64,000 nucleotides of DNA from Perkinsus chesapeaki ATCC PRA-425 (lineage: Eukaryota > Protista > Perkinsozoa). The translations under genes and the position numbers were made by a program. The stretch is from the NCBI GenBank assembly GCA_013115145.1, contig JAAPAO010000049.1, positions 1-64,000 of the forward strand, in the 5' to 3' direction. The notes under the pieces are model-generated. The model was not told the origin of the DNA. It did no database searches and saw nothing but the letters and a program-made list of their open reading frames with translations. Below, one piece after another: positions 39,773-51,767 of this stretch. Positions within the stretch are counted from its first letter, which is position 1; each line of letters starts with the position of its first letter.

Positions 39773-41994
39773 ATGCCCCGTCTTATTTCTCTCGCACTAT
39801 TAGCGTCTATGTTGCTGGTGAACCCAGTCCCGGCGACTAAAGACCAACAGCAGCAGCAGCAGCAGCAGCAGAAAGAGGAGGCCGTCGCCCCAACACCGTT
39901 CCTGATCCACATATCCGACATACATGTCTCACAGTAGCCTTCCTACTTCCCTTGGTCGCTGAGGCCCTTTTCAGGTTCAACAACAAAACTTTAGATAAGC
40001 TGTCGACGTTCTGCACACAATTCTTGCCTCGAGTCAAGGACCAGGGAATGGTTGCAACAGGTTAGTTATCCATAAACCGCGCGCCGCGAAATTACCGTAG
40101 TTTCTTTTTGTCAGTTCTCGGCGGTGATCTTGTCGATTCCAATCCGCGAGTGTGGCGTGGCCAGCCTCTCGGGCCGATCCCAGAGGAGTGGGCCAAATTT
40201 AGAGAAGTTATAGATACCCAGTGCCGCCCCAACGGTCTTATCCTTCCTGTTCGGTACACAGCTAGAGGTGTCAGAATAAAGTTATCGTTTTCATTCTCAG
40301 AGGCAATCACGATGCCTTCACGGTTACCGACTACAATGACCAACGTAATGTTAACTACCGCTCCTTAGCTGATGAAGTGAGAACACCGATGCTTCCGTTT
40401 ATCATAAGATTTGTCTTTCATCAGTTGCTGTCCGATACTCCCGGACTGATACGGGACGCTGAGGGCAGTTGGATGCTGCCCGTCGCCAACGACTACCTCC
40501 TCATTGGCCTGGACCTTAACCCCTCTACTGGCTCCCCTCGGTACTTCTTCGGACAGTTCCACACGACCACAGAGGAATGGCTCAGACGGGAGTGGCTTGA
40601 GAAGCGCCCCGATAAAAAGGCTATTTTGATATCTCATTACAACTTTGGTGATATTGCCATTGCCAGCCCAGCTCCTTTGACTGTATTTGCCAGGCTCGCT
40701 CTACCCCGAGGATCGTCGCCGTTTCGTTGCCCTACTTCACGAAGCTCCACACTTCTATGTGTTGCTTAGTGGGCACACTCACACACTATTCGGTCATAGG
40801 ATGTACGCGGAGATGGAGGGGCTGCCGGAGATGGAGGTAAGCGGCTGGTCTCCTGGGCGCATGCAAAGCGACACATTGTGGAATCTCGTTCAACGTCATC
40901 ATCTAGAATGCTGCGCTCGTTCCTGTTCTGTGTGTTATTGGCGGTCTGGCCGTGATGAGATTTGAGGCCGATGTGGGCTGTCTACGCGCATTTCAGACAA
41001 CATCGGCTATACCATTCAGATACCAGACTTCAAGACCACGGGAACCGTCCGTTTACTCCAGTTGCCTTCAACCGATACTTCCCCGCGCGAATGGCGCTAC
41101 ACCGTACCAGCCAAAGGGGACCTCCCCCCCACTATCCTGCCCCCTATGGTCGGTGTCAACGGTGAGGTTGAGGTGACGGTTATCGGAGACTCTGTACGCA
41201 GTGTCGAGGTTGTCGCCAAGCACTCCCACACCACACTGCACACCAGAAACGGCAGGCTCTACTATGGCCGCATTGACCCGGTACAGCAGGGCCTCGACAG
41301 CAATGCAGTGGTCCGAGTAACCTACGGCAGCTCCGGCCAATCCGTCGACGCCTACCTCGTTCCCAAAGACCTTCGTAAGGAGTATTTGTCCCAGCCATTC
41401 CGCTGGGAGTTCACCCACCTTCACGCGTTCATGTTCCTCGGCTCTGCCGGTGTCTGGCTCGGCAACATCGCCCTCACTTGGTTGCTGCGCCATCAACTTG
41501 AGCGTTCAGGCAAGCTCCTGTGGTACCTTATGTGGACGGTCCTTCTCCTTCTCCCTTTTGCTCCCTGGGCATTTGGTACCGGTGTGAAGGGATGCCCCGC
41601 GGTGGTGCTGCCCTACGGCACCCTCTGCCTCTCCCACCTCACCTGTCGCCTACCCAACGATGTGTATGGAATAGCCTTTGTCATACTTAGCGTGAAATAC
41701 CAGTTGAGCCTTCTCGCAATACTGACACTTAGTCGTTGCAGCGGATGGTCCCTTGTTACCATTCCCCTTCTGCTCCGGTGGCAGCTGTACGCCACCAACT
41801 GGATGGCCATAACCTACGCCCCCTTGGCCTTGCTCTGCCCCATCTCCACGATCGTCTGGGACCTCACTTTCTGGTATGATGTTATGCGTCGTTACACTAA
41901 CCTCTTCGGCAAGAGAACGCCCCCGCTCGGTTACGAAGAGCTGCAGAAACCCCAACACACCTCGACCTCCATCGGGAGAGATTTGTCATCTTAA
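39773..41994 (+). CDS. TMEM62-like calcineurin-like metallophosphoesterase with C-terminal transmembrane helices, copy A
   Basis: Signal peptide and polyQ; FLIHISDIHVS, GDLVDS, ISHY, VLLSGHTH motifs; multi-TM C-terminal ORF 41062-41994. Confidence 0.8.
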
Positions 41995-42098
41995 CTCTTC
42001 AATTTCAAGTTATTTAGCTACCATCGCACACGCTTATGTGCTGCCACAAACACTACCGTTTCGGAGTACCGCTGTTGTCGAGTTGTCCAAACAGTGAG

Positions 42099-44226
42099 AT
42101 GGCTAGTGGTGTCAGAATATCTCGTCCAATGGCTCTTGCCCGACTACTCCTTTACACTGTAGCATCAATAGTAGCAGGCCAGACCACCGCCCCAATAGAG
42201 CGGGTGCCCTTTATAATACACATATCAGATATCCATGTGTCACAGTAACCCCCTCGCCGCCCGACTATCCTCGGCATCCCCTCCCAGGTTTAATAACATA
42301 ACTATCGATAAGCTTTCTACATTCTGTCGGGATTTCCTTCCACGGGTGAAGGGCTACGGCTTGGTCGCCACTGGTGAGTTGCCTCTTGCCTTGCCTCTTG
42401 CCTTGCACCAGGACTGTTGCTTTCAGTTCTCGGCGGGGATCTTGTGGACTCTAACGTGGCAGCCTGGAGTGGCCAATATCCGGGGCCTATTGAGGAGGAG
42501 TGGGCCAAGCTCAGTCACGTGCTCATCAATGAGTGTGCGCCCCACAGCCCCATTCTCACTGTTCGGTGAGCTCCTGTGCTTTTGCTGGTTTGCCATCGCT
42601 CCTCCAGGGGGAACCACGACTCGTTCGCCGTTGCTGGTTATGATGATGAGAAGAATCATTTTTACAGAGAGATGGTGGAGCAGGTGGGCGCGTCGCTGGC
42701 AGGGGTCAGTTTCCAGGTTGCCTTATTTCAGTTGTGGCCGAAGTCTGCCGACTTCATCAGAGGGCCGGGGGGAAGCTGGATGCTCCCGATGTCGGACTAC
42801 TTGCTCATCGGCCTCGATCTCACCCCATCTGCTGGCGCTAGCCGTCACTTCTTCGGTGTCTTCTCCAACGAGAATGAGGAATGGCTCAGAAGGGAATGGA
42901 TCGAAAAAAGGCGGAACATTAGAACCATCATTGTTACTCACTACAATTTCGGTACACAGCTTCCAGGGCCTTGAGGGCTGCATCTGCCTCATTAGGAACA
43001 CTTGAGCCGTCCGATCGCCGACGATTTGCCGATCTCTTGCATGAAGCCTCGGACGTTCATGTAGTTCTGTCGGGCCATACGCACACGGTGATGGGCCACT
43101 GGATGTATGCCCAGTTCGAGCGACTTCTCGAGATGGAGGTGAAGTTGCTTTAGCTTCGGCCGCCGAAGTTCGGCGTTCTCTGTACAGCGCTCGTCAGGTA
43201 CCCGACTTCAAGTTCGACGGCCTTGTTCGCCTTCTGCAACTACCGCCTGCCACATCGGAGAACAGCGACCCCCGAGAATGGCGGTATTCGATCCAGCCAG
43301 GTGAGGTCCCTCCCCCGACTATTCTGCCCCCCGTTCTCCACGCCGACGGTGAGATCTTCGTTACGGTGGTTGGGCCGAACAATATCGACAAGGTAGAGGC
43401 CATCTGGGATGACCACGCTGTGCAGTTGGCGTTGGATGGCTCCGAGGATCATCTTTATAAAGGCCTGTTGGACCCTGCGTCTTCACTTGACTCTGGTATC
43501 GTACGAGTCACTTACAACACCGGTGACTCTGTCGTAGAAACCAACATATCCCCTTTGAATCCACAGGCTCGGCTTATGGTATTCCCTCTGCAATGGGCGT
43601 TCACTAACATGCATTACGCTATGTTTCTTGGCTCGGTTGCAGCATGGATTGGTAACATACTCCTTGCCTGGTCGCTCCAGGAGACCCTCGTTCGTTCTGG
43701 TAAACTGCTACGGTATCTTCTACAAGGCATCGCCATCTTAATTCCCTTTTTGCCATGGAGCTTGGCTGTCGGATATCATAGTTGTCCGAGCATCGTGTTC
43801 TCCTTCGGAATATTCTGTTTGCGGACCCTCTCTTGGATGCCTAACGATACCTATGCAATTGCGTTCATTGGACTGAGTGTGAAGTTGGCCCTTTGCTTTG
43901 CGGTCGTGAAGTCGCTTGATGCTAAGAGTCGTTTGGCGCTTGTCACTATTCCTGTATTGCTATGGGGCCAATACTTCGCTCTGCGATGGACGGTGATGTC
44001 GTATGGACCCTACGCCCTCATCATTGCGCCCGCGACCACACTGTGGGACGTAGTTTTCTGGTTTGGTATACTTAGAAAGTATATGGGATGGTGTAAACCC
44101 AAGAGGTCGGTCACCGTTCCGTATACTCAGTTGAGATTGGATCATGCTGATTCCACCAGCTCATCAGACAGTTCAGATGTGATAAATGGTACGTCAAGGC
44201 GAGCACGTCGTCGTGCTTCGCCGTAA
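42099..44226 (+). CDS. TMEM62-like metallophosphoesterase, copy B (tandem paralog)
   Basis: FIIHISDIHVS, GDLVDS, RGNHDSF, VTHY, VLSGHTH motifs; exon pattern similar to copy A; multi-TM C-terminal ORF 43366-44226. Confidence 0.82.
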
Positions 44227-44385
44227 GGTCTTTGATGTTGCGTTCGAGATAAACGCAAAATGTATATAATGTTGAGATGAAATGAAATAATAGTCTGACC
44301 TATGCCGATGAGCAACAGGGCTATCGATAAGGTAGATGACAAGCTAAAATCCTTATAATAATCCATCATGCACCAGGCGCACTCT

Positions 44386-45615
44386 TCACAGAACCATTAT
44401 TGATCGGTAGACCCCAAAACAGGATCCGATAGCAGAGATAACCAGTAGCGCGCCAAGCCCGCCAACGACAGCCATCCTTTCGGCTGAACCGTCCAAACGT
44501 TCTCCTCGTAAGTAAGATATTCTAAGCCAAAAAATGGTAGGATAGAAGTTGTGAATAAGTGAAAAGCATACTGAGCCTAGAAGGCCTACAAGACCTTGGA
44601 AGCTAGGAATCAGTATAGGGACAAGTATAGTAAAGCCCACCATAATAGTTCGAACCAGGATTGACCATAATATATTCTTATCTTCGATTCTTAAAGCTTT
44701 CTCGACTATCCTGAATGATGGGTTCATAAGGACAACGTAATGTGTAGCACAGACAACCAGTATAGAGAAAATGGCAATATAAGCAATGACACTCAACTTA
44801 TGACCAGTGGGAGACATTGCATCAATAACTGTATCAAAAGTCAGCAACTCATGGCCCCATCCTGCATAACCGGCTGCAGCTATGAAGAAATAAAGTACTA
44901 TTAATATTGACATTGAAATGTTAATAACGCGACTGCGTTGCTCTGGGTACTTCATGTCATGCAATATTGTCGTCGATGTACATGACACGGCGTAACCAAA
45001 AGTCATACTGGCAAATGTAATGCCAAGACCAACAAAGGAGGCTGGCGTGGGATCATAAGTGGCGGAGGAGTCTCGATTTATAGCCTTGAAGATTCCTCCA
45101 ACCACAATGGAGACAAGTAGAACAAACACGGCAGCAACTCCGACAGTTCCACTCACATACCCCACATGCTTCATTGTTCGTAGCCAGGAAAAAGGTAACA
45201 TAATTCCGCCCCAGATAAGTATCCAATACCTCTGATCTATCTGAGGAGCAAGCTTTACCGAGTTGGAGCCGAGTAAGAGCATCAATAGGCAGCTAGTTCC
45301 AATCAAGGCTGCATTAAGGGCTACCGTAACGCTTATCATACCAATTCGGCCGAAAGCTGCGCGGCCTATATCCTCATAGTTGTGAGTTTCAGAAGTCATA
45401 CATAGTCTAAGAAGTTGGATGTAAAGAATACCAAGTGCACCGCAGAGGATGAGGAGGACAAAGCCAAAGACATAGCCAGCCTCTGCAACGGCCCGAGGGA
45501 TACTTAACATTCCAACACCGACACCGGTGAGGAGCATGTTGGTAACCGCCGACCTCGAAGTCTGCTTACCGGCCTCGATCTTGATGGATGATGTCGACTC
45601 TAGAGTCATTGCCAT
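44386..45615 (-). CDS. Amino acid transporter, AAAP/Aa_trans family (copy 1), intronless
   Basis: ~11 hydrophobic segments; NMLLTGVGVGMLSIPRAVAEAG, HNYEDIG..AFG, DMKYP, GLVGLLGS signatures. Confidence 0.93.
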   Translation of the reverse strand: MAMTLESTSSIKIEAGKQTSRSAVTNMLLTGVGVGMLSIPRAVAEAGYVFGFVLLILCGALGILYIQLLRLCMTSETHNYEDIGRAAFGRIGMISVTVALNAALIGTSCLLMLLLGSNSVKLAPQIDQRYWILIWGGIMLPFSWLRTMKHVGYVSGTVGVAAVFVLLVSIVVGGIFKAINRDSSATYDPTPASFVGLGITFASMTFGYAVSCTSTTILHDMKYPEQRSRVINISMSILIVLYFFIAAAGYAGWGHELLTFDTVIDAMSPTGHKLSVIAYIAIFSILVVCATHYVVLMNPSFRIVEKALRIEDKNILWSILVRTIMVGFTILVPILIPSFQGLVGLLGSVCFSLIHNFYPTIFWLRISYLRGERLDGSAERMAVVGGLGALLVISAIGSCFGVYRSIMVL

Positions 45616-45851
45616 AAGATAACTCAATAATGAGGCTACTCAGGTCCTGAGGCATCCAGGTTCACGCACTGCTACCCTACGCCCCAGAGCTATACCGATA
45701 TACCCACGCGTGCGATAACTCAGAACTTTTTGATCAGAGGAAATCCATAGGTGATATGAGAAGTGTAGTCATTGGCATGCTCATCATCCATGGTGTTGCT
45801 GGCGCGATCATCACAATTTCCAACACCACCATAAGTACCAGGGCACAGGGA

Positions 45852-47675
45852 TTAAACCTGAGCCTGGAACTCCGAACTCTGCTCGATCTTGAACCAAACT
45901 AGCAATGCTTCGTACCATTCTTCATTCGTAAATGGAGGGTTCATGAAACTAGCAACCCACATTAAAGGATATGCTACTCTTTGTATTGTTGACTGTGATA
46001 CTGCCCAGGCGACACTCTCACTTAGGGCATAACTAAACACAGGAGAGAACAGACAGACGCAGCAGCCACACTAACCTCGACACAAAGACCCCATCAACAA
46101 CAAGCTCCCCTGTATCGGTGAGTGGGGCGAAAACTCCTTGCACGTCCCGAACTATGGCGATATCAACTAAGAGACTGCCACTCATCAATTTTTCAACATG
46201 CTCACCGTTCTTACCTATCCGTGACAGAGAGGGCCGCGTTAATGCCCTAATCACCACGGAATCCCCAATAGCAAGATCTCCAGCTCGGCGGAAATCATCT
46301 TTGCCGAAATCAACGCGTACAAGGTGGTCAACCGAGGCACGCAGCGCTCGGCCGTCGGCCATGCGAAGGGAGAGCTGAAGTAACGCACTGCTTCAAGTCG
46401 TTCAAGAGGATACCGCAAGATAGAAGAGGTAGTAGCTTAGAGCTGACGACACAACTAACCGGAGACCTTTGTATCAGAAGTACCTACGTAATGCATCTTC
46501 CGAGAAGTATCTTTGTGGATCCAGCCAACCACTGTAGTCGGGACTCCTTCAATTCCCGACACAATCCTGTCCCCAATTGTGATCTCCGACATATACTTCA
46601 TGGAGGAGGCTACAAGAAATAGTCAGCATTTAGATAACCAGCATTTCCTTCGATGCAGGCAGCTGATGCTACTCAACCTTGAGGCGACTTATCGAAGGGG
46701 CAACCTGCCTTGGCCTCGTGATATCTCCACCAGTGCATTGCCAGGGAAGCATGCCGGTCGACACAGCGACGTATACTCTTCGACCTGATAGGAAGGCCGG
46801 AGAAACGAGTGGGCGACGAGCATACCATGAGTTTACCAAGAGTATTAAGAAGATGGGCACCTTGCTTCGAGCGCGCCTTAAACCTCCGTTCCCTGCAAAG
46901 CACTAAGGCATTGATCTCGTCCCGGCATTCACGAGAACCTGCGAAGCGTACCGCTGTCCCCGATAAACGCGGAATTACAGAACTTCTTGTGATCTTTGGG
47001 CAAGTATGTGCTATGATGAAGCTCGCCACACTTATTGAGCTGAATAAGGCTGCACAAGCAATATGACAGAAATGGGTCGACGTTGCGGTATGCCGATGCC
47101 TGCAGATTGAGGTCTGCCTCACAATAGATGTCAACAGTATCTGAGCGAGAAGAGCGGAACTGAGCTTTCGCCGCATATCACTAGTGTGTACGATACCCAA
47201 CTGAAACAGGTCTAACCAGTAAGTAGGAACCATTAGCACGTGTTATACTGGCGTCCCTCTTTACCTAGAGCCTCCCTACGAAGGGAACGAGTGTATCTCA
47301 CGCTACTAAGTAGGCTCGGCTAGCTATCGAAGCCTTTACACTAAACACCTACCTTTATACTGCCCGATACTCGCGGTGCCCCATGAGGTACCTGGTATCT
47401 GAAACAGATCACGTTCGGGATGCTCTAGGGACACACAGTCGGCCACAAAGCGAAAGCTCACTTGGGTCTTGGTTAGGCCATTACCAAGCGAATGCACCGT
47501 GCCTAAGAACCTTTTCAAGTCAGTTACCCACTTTCGACACCTTACTGGTTTCCGATAACAGGGGAATGCAACACCAGACCAGAGCCCATAAGAGCCCTCC
47601 AGGAAGACGAATCCGCTGCAGTCGGTAAATGGCAAGACCTGAAGGATCCCAGTATCCCGGAGACGCGCAGTCCAT
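45852..47675 (-). CDS. Secreted Hog-domain (Hedgehog Hint + sterol-recognition-like) autoprocessing protein with a Cys-rich N-terminal domain
   Basis: Spliced CFPGNALVEISRG (Cys codon 46749-46751)...MSEITIGDRIVS...VVGWIHKD...LRASVDHLV...AGDLAIGD...GVFAPLTDTGELVVDGVFVS|SYA...IQRVAYPL...WYEALL. Hydrophobic N-terminus LLWALVWCCIPLL. The 5' exon structure is tentative. Confidence 0.85.
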
Positions 47676-47849
47676 GGTAGAAAATGCAGCTGAACTCGCG
47701 GAAATGATACTTCACAAGATTCCTAGGAAAACCGCATCCGAGAACAAGAACGAGAAGAAGACACTGTAGTGTAGATCCGGCGTCGGGACTTGTTCCAGAG
47801 AGAACTCGAGGGGAGCATCCATATCACACGGCTGTTCTTAATGCACTCG

Positions 47850-49223
47850 TTAATGCAATGCAGATCTACGTATATCGACAGAACGCAACAGAGACCAAGG
47901 AATAGACGAAGCGCAGATGGCTAACGTGATGACTGCATCATATATCCCACAGACAGAACCGACCAATGATATCAACAGCAAAAGGCAAAGAAGGACTATT
48001 TGAAGAATTGCCCGCTTAGATCCTGCTCTGAACTCACTCCAGAGAAAAAGGCTAATAAAAAATATAGGCGGATAGAAATTATGAATCAGAGAATAACAAA
48101 CGGAGCCCAAAAGGCCGATAAGACCCTGGAAATTAGGTACAAATATTGCAACAATAACGGTAAAGGCGACTAAAGTGCTTCTTATAGCACAAGATTTGAC
48201 AAACTGGCCTTCCTTGACATTAAAGGCATGTTCAAGTATACGACTCGATGGATTCAGCATGACAGCATAATGAGTAATACATAACAACAGAATACTACAT
48301 ATACTAATATAAGAGACTACATCATGACCAGAACCACTTCCAGTAACAGCATCAATAATATTCTGAAATTTAAGAAGAGAGTTTCCCCAACCAATATAAC
48401 CAGACAATGACACAAGGAAGTAGACAATAGCAATAATGCAAAGTCCCCAATAGACAACTCGTCGACGGGCTTGTGGATATTTCATATCATGTAACACGGT
48501 CGTACTGGCACATGTTACGGCAAAAGCAAGCGTCATACTTGCGAAAGACATACCCAGCCCAATAGCTGTGACAGGGTACGGGTCATGAGATATATCGTCA
48601 TGAATCTCAGGATTCAACGCTCGAGCGAACCCCGCATAAATGAGCACCAACAAAAGACATATAACCGAAGACACTCCTACTGTACCACTTATATAACCGA
48701 TATGCTTCATATTAGGCAACCATGAGAGCGGTAAGAGGATGCAAGTCCATATGAGTATCCAGTAGGGCTGCGGGATTGCTGGATAAAGCTTATATGAGTT
48801 TTGGCCAAGGAGTAGCATAAGCAAACAACATGTACCAATTAAAGCACCATTGACTCCAAATGTAACAGCAAATAATCCCCATCGACCAAAGACATCCATA
48901 CCGATATCTTCATAACTACGCGTTTCTGGTTTCATACAGGCACGTAGAAGTTGAGTATAGAGGATTCCGACAACAGCACTAAATACCATAAGAATAAATC
49001 CAAATGCATATCCAGCTTGAGCTATTGCCCTTGGTAGACTGAGCATTCCGACACCAATACCAGTGAGGGCAATGTTGGCCACGGCCGACATGTTCGACTG
49101 ACCATGCGATGGAGTGACACCTGACTTTATGCTGTCGATTGTATCAGATGCCTCTACGACTGGCATTGTGAATAAATCAAGATCGTATTCCCCTGAATCG
49201 CCAAACGCGCCATCTAGATGCAC
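47850..49223 (-). CDS. Amino acid transporter, AAAP family (copy 2), intronless
   Basis: GIGVGMLSLPRAIAQAG, RSYEDIG, DMKYP motifs; multi-TM. Confidence 0.93.
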   Translation of the reverse strand: MHLDGAFGDSGEYDLDLFTMPVVEASDTIDSIKSGVTPSHGQSNMSAVANIALTGIGVGMLSLPRAIAQAGYAFGFILMVFSAVVGILYTQLLRACMKPETRSYEDIGMDVFGRWGLFAVTFGVNGALIGTCCLLMLLLGQNSYKLYPAIPQPYWILIWTCILLPLSWLPNMKHIGYISGTVGVSSVICLLLVLIYAGFARALNPEIHDDISHDPYPVTAIGLGMSFASMTLAFAVTCASTTVLHDMKYPQARRRVVYWGLCIIAIVYFLVSLSGYIGWGNSLLKFQNIIDAVTGSGSGHDVVSYISICSILLLCITHYAVMLNPSSRILEHAFNVKEGQFVKSCAIRSTLVAFTVIVAIFVPNFQGLIGLLGSVCYSLIHNFYPPIFFISLFLWSEFRAGSKRAILQIVLLCLLLLISLVGSVCGIYDAVITLAICASSIPWSLLRSVDIRRSALH

Positions 49224-49386
49224 ACTGTGAAGAACGCAAATACTTCCGGTGATATGTGTTATTAAATGACTGCAACGATAGCATGACGGCTTCTCTTTTC
49301 AATGATGATATAAAGTATGGGAAGCGATCCAGAATAACTATGGCGGGAAGCCACCACTCAACTACAAGGATCATCTGCTGGCACAC

Positions 49387-50640
49387 TCAAGACACAAGCG
49401 TCAGAACAGAGTCGTAGATACCACAGATAGAGCCCGCAAGGGATATAAAGAGTAGAATAGTTAGTCCTACGAATTGCATAATATGGTATTTCGACCCGCT
49501 CCTCACTTTTTCCCAGATAAACAGACGAATGTAGAAGATCGACGGATAGAAGTTATGGATCAAGGAAAAACAAACAGAGCCTAGGAGACCTATAAGACCC
49601 TGGAAGTTGGGGACAAATATTGCAACAATAACGGTGAAGGCGACTAAAGTGCTTCTTATAGCACAAGATTTGACAAACTGGCCTTCCTTGACATTAAAGG
49701 CATGTTCAAGTATACGGCTTGATGGATTCAGTAAAACCGCATAATGCGTTACAGACAATAACAGAATACTACATATACTAATATAAGAGACTACATCATG
49801 ACCAGAACCACTTCCAGTAACAGCATCAATAATATTCTGAAATTTAAGAAGAGAGTTTCCCCAACCAATATAACCAGACAATGACACAAGAAAGTAGACA
49901 ATAGCAATAATGCAAAGTCCCCAATACACAACTCGTCGACGGGCTTGTGGATATTTCATATCATGTAACACGGTCGTACTGGCACATGTTCCAGCAAAAG
50001 CAAGCGTCATACTTGCGAAAGACATACCCAGCCCAATAGCTGTGACAGGGTACGGGTCATAAGATATATCGTCATGGATCTCAGGATTTAGATCTCGAGC
50101 GAACCCAGCATAAATGAGCACCAACAAAAGACATATAACCGAAGCCACTCCTACTGTACCACTTATATAACCGATATGCTTCATATTAGGCAACCATGAG
50201 ACCGGTAAGAGGATGCAAGTCCATATGAGTATCCAGTAGGGCTGCGCGATTCCTGGATAAAGCTTATATGAGTTTTGGCCAAGGAGTAGCATGAGCAAAC
50301 AACATGTACCAATTAAAGCACCATTGACTCCAAATGTAACAGCAAATAATCCCCATCGACCAAAGACATCCATACCGATATCTTCATAACTACGCGTTTC
50401 TGGTTTCATACAGGCACGTAGAAGTTGAGTATAGAGGATTCCGACAACAGCACTAAATACCATAAGAATAAATCCAAATGCATATCCAGCTTGAGCTATT
50501 GCCCTTGGTAGACTCAATATCCCGACACCGATTGTGGCGAGTACCATGTTAACCACCGCTGAGAAGTTAGACTGGCCATGACAGGGTGTGAGCTCAAGCT
50601 TAATGCTCTCAAGTGTTTGACTTGACTCTGGGATTGTCAT
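49387..50640 (-). CDS. Amino acid transporter, AAAP family (copy 3), intronless CDS, recent duplicate of copy 2
   Basis: Core nearly identical to copy 2. Likely start MTIPESS at 50640; the upstream ORF extension reads like a 5'UTR intron ending ATTTCAG. Confidence 0.93.
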   Translation of the reverse strand: MTIPESSQTLESIKLELTPCHGQSNFSAVVNMVLATIGVGILSLPRAIAQAGYAFGFILMVFSAVVGILYTQLLRACMKPETRSYEDIGMDVFGRWGLFAVTFGVNGALIGTCCLLMLLLGQNSYKLYPGIAQPYWILIWTCILLPVSWLPNMKHIGYISGTVGVASVICLLLVLIYAGFARDLNPEIHDDISYDPYPVTAIGLGMSFASMTLAFAGTCASTTVLHDMKYPQARRRVVYWGLCIIAIVYFLVSLSGYIGWGNSLLKFQNIIDAVTGSGSGHDVVSYISICSILLLSVTHYAVLLNPSSRILEHAFNVKEGQFVKSCAIRSTLVAFTVIVAIFVPNFQGLIGLLGSVCFSLIHNFYPSIFYIRLFIWEKVRSGSKYHIMQFVGLTILLFISLAGSICGIYDSVLTLVS

Positions 50641-51767
50641 TGATTTCGAACTGAAATTAACCTGAAATATGCTATACTTAAAACAAAGCACGCTTATAGA
50701 GATAAGACAAGCATCTCCTTTCCCTAGGTTCAATCCGATCTCATCACTCAAAAAGCAAAGATGGCAATAACGGGGCTAGAAAAGCAACGATAGTCTACAC
50801 TTAGGTAATACCGCCCGATTCACCTAGAGCAATTCGAGAAGCGCAGCTTGGAGGCTCCGAATCAACTACCATATAGCCTGTGTAGGAGGGTGGAAAATCC
50901 CCAAGAAGAGCTCACTCTTCGCCAAGCAAGGGCTGCGAAGATCGCCCTAGTGTACGCGTGCTGTACCCCACATCCACGCGCACAACAATCTGTACAGTAA
51001 TGGTTTGACTAAAAACATAGATAATTAATGATGTACGAGTGATCACTACCGACTACAACGAGATGTGTGCCTTAAAGTATTGCCCAGGATTACTCCTAGT
51101 AACTGCTCATTCTATCGTAATGTTTGGGGTTTGGATGCGTCACGGACTAACGCATGCGTGCAAATACCGTTGTGACAGCAAAAGCGGTCTACTTCTTGGG
51201 TACTAGTACTGATCTTATATCAGCGCGAAAATGCGTGTTCTTGGCTAATACAATCAGACGAGGAAGTAATATTCTTAGTCACAGAAGTGTTCCAAATACA
51301 ATATACCACCGAAACGGTAATCACGGCAATAGCTCAACTAAAGGGTATTCTCGAGGCCAATACTCTAGGCTGAGCCCTGGGATTTCTCCAACCCAACCAC
51401 CTGTGGAAGACTAACTCAAGAGGACTTTAGTAAGGAACACAGTAGATGAAACAGTTAAGCAGTAACAACAGTAGTAGGATATTCTACAACTGATGAATCA
51501 GCAAATAGCCCCCCATGACCCTAGGCCAAAAGAGGGCATTGTTGTGCTGGCTTTCCATAGGAAAAGTGTTTACCATCATACAGCGACGGCAGCGCTCTTT
51601 GTAGCATCGGTACAGGTACATGACGGACGAGCAGAACTCCGAACGTCAAAGACCGGTGCTACTGGGGATAGACAAAACGAGACCGAACCAGAAACGAATC
51701 AGGATCGACAATTTTGTGAATTGATTGAAAAGATGCTGTAAAATGTTAATGGTGGTTGTGGATTTAG

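Noticed and set aside
45852-46760. Protein-splicing intein
   Set aside because: No C-terminal His-Asn followed by an extein. It has the Hedgehog-type GVFAPLT motif and a sterol-recognition-like tail, so it is a Hog domain.
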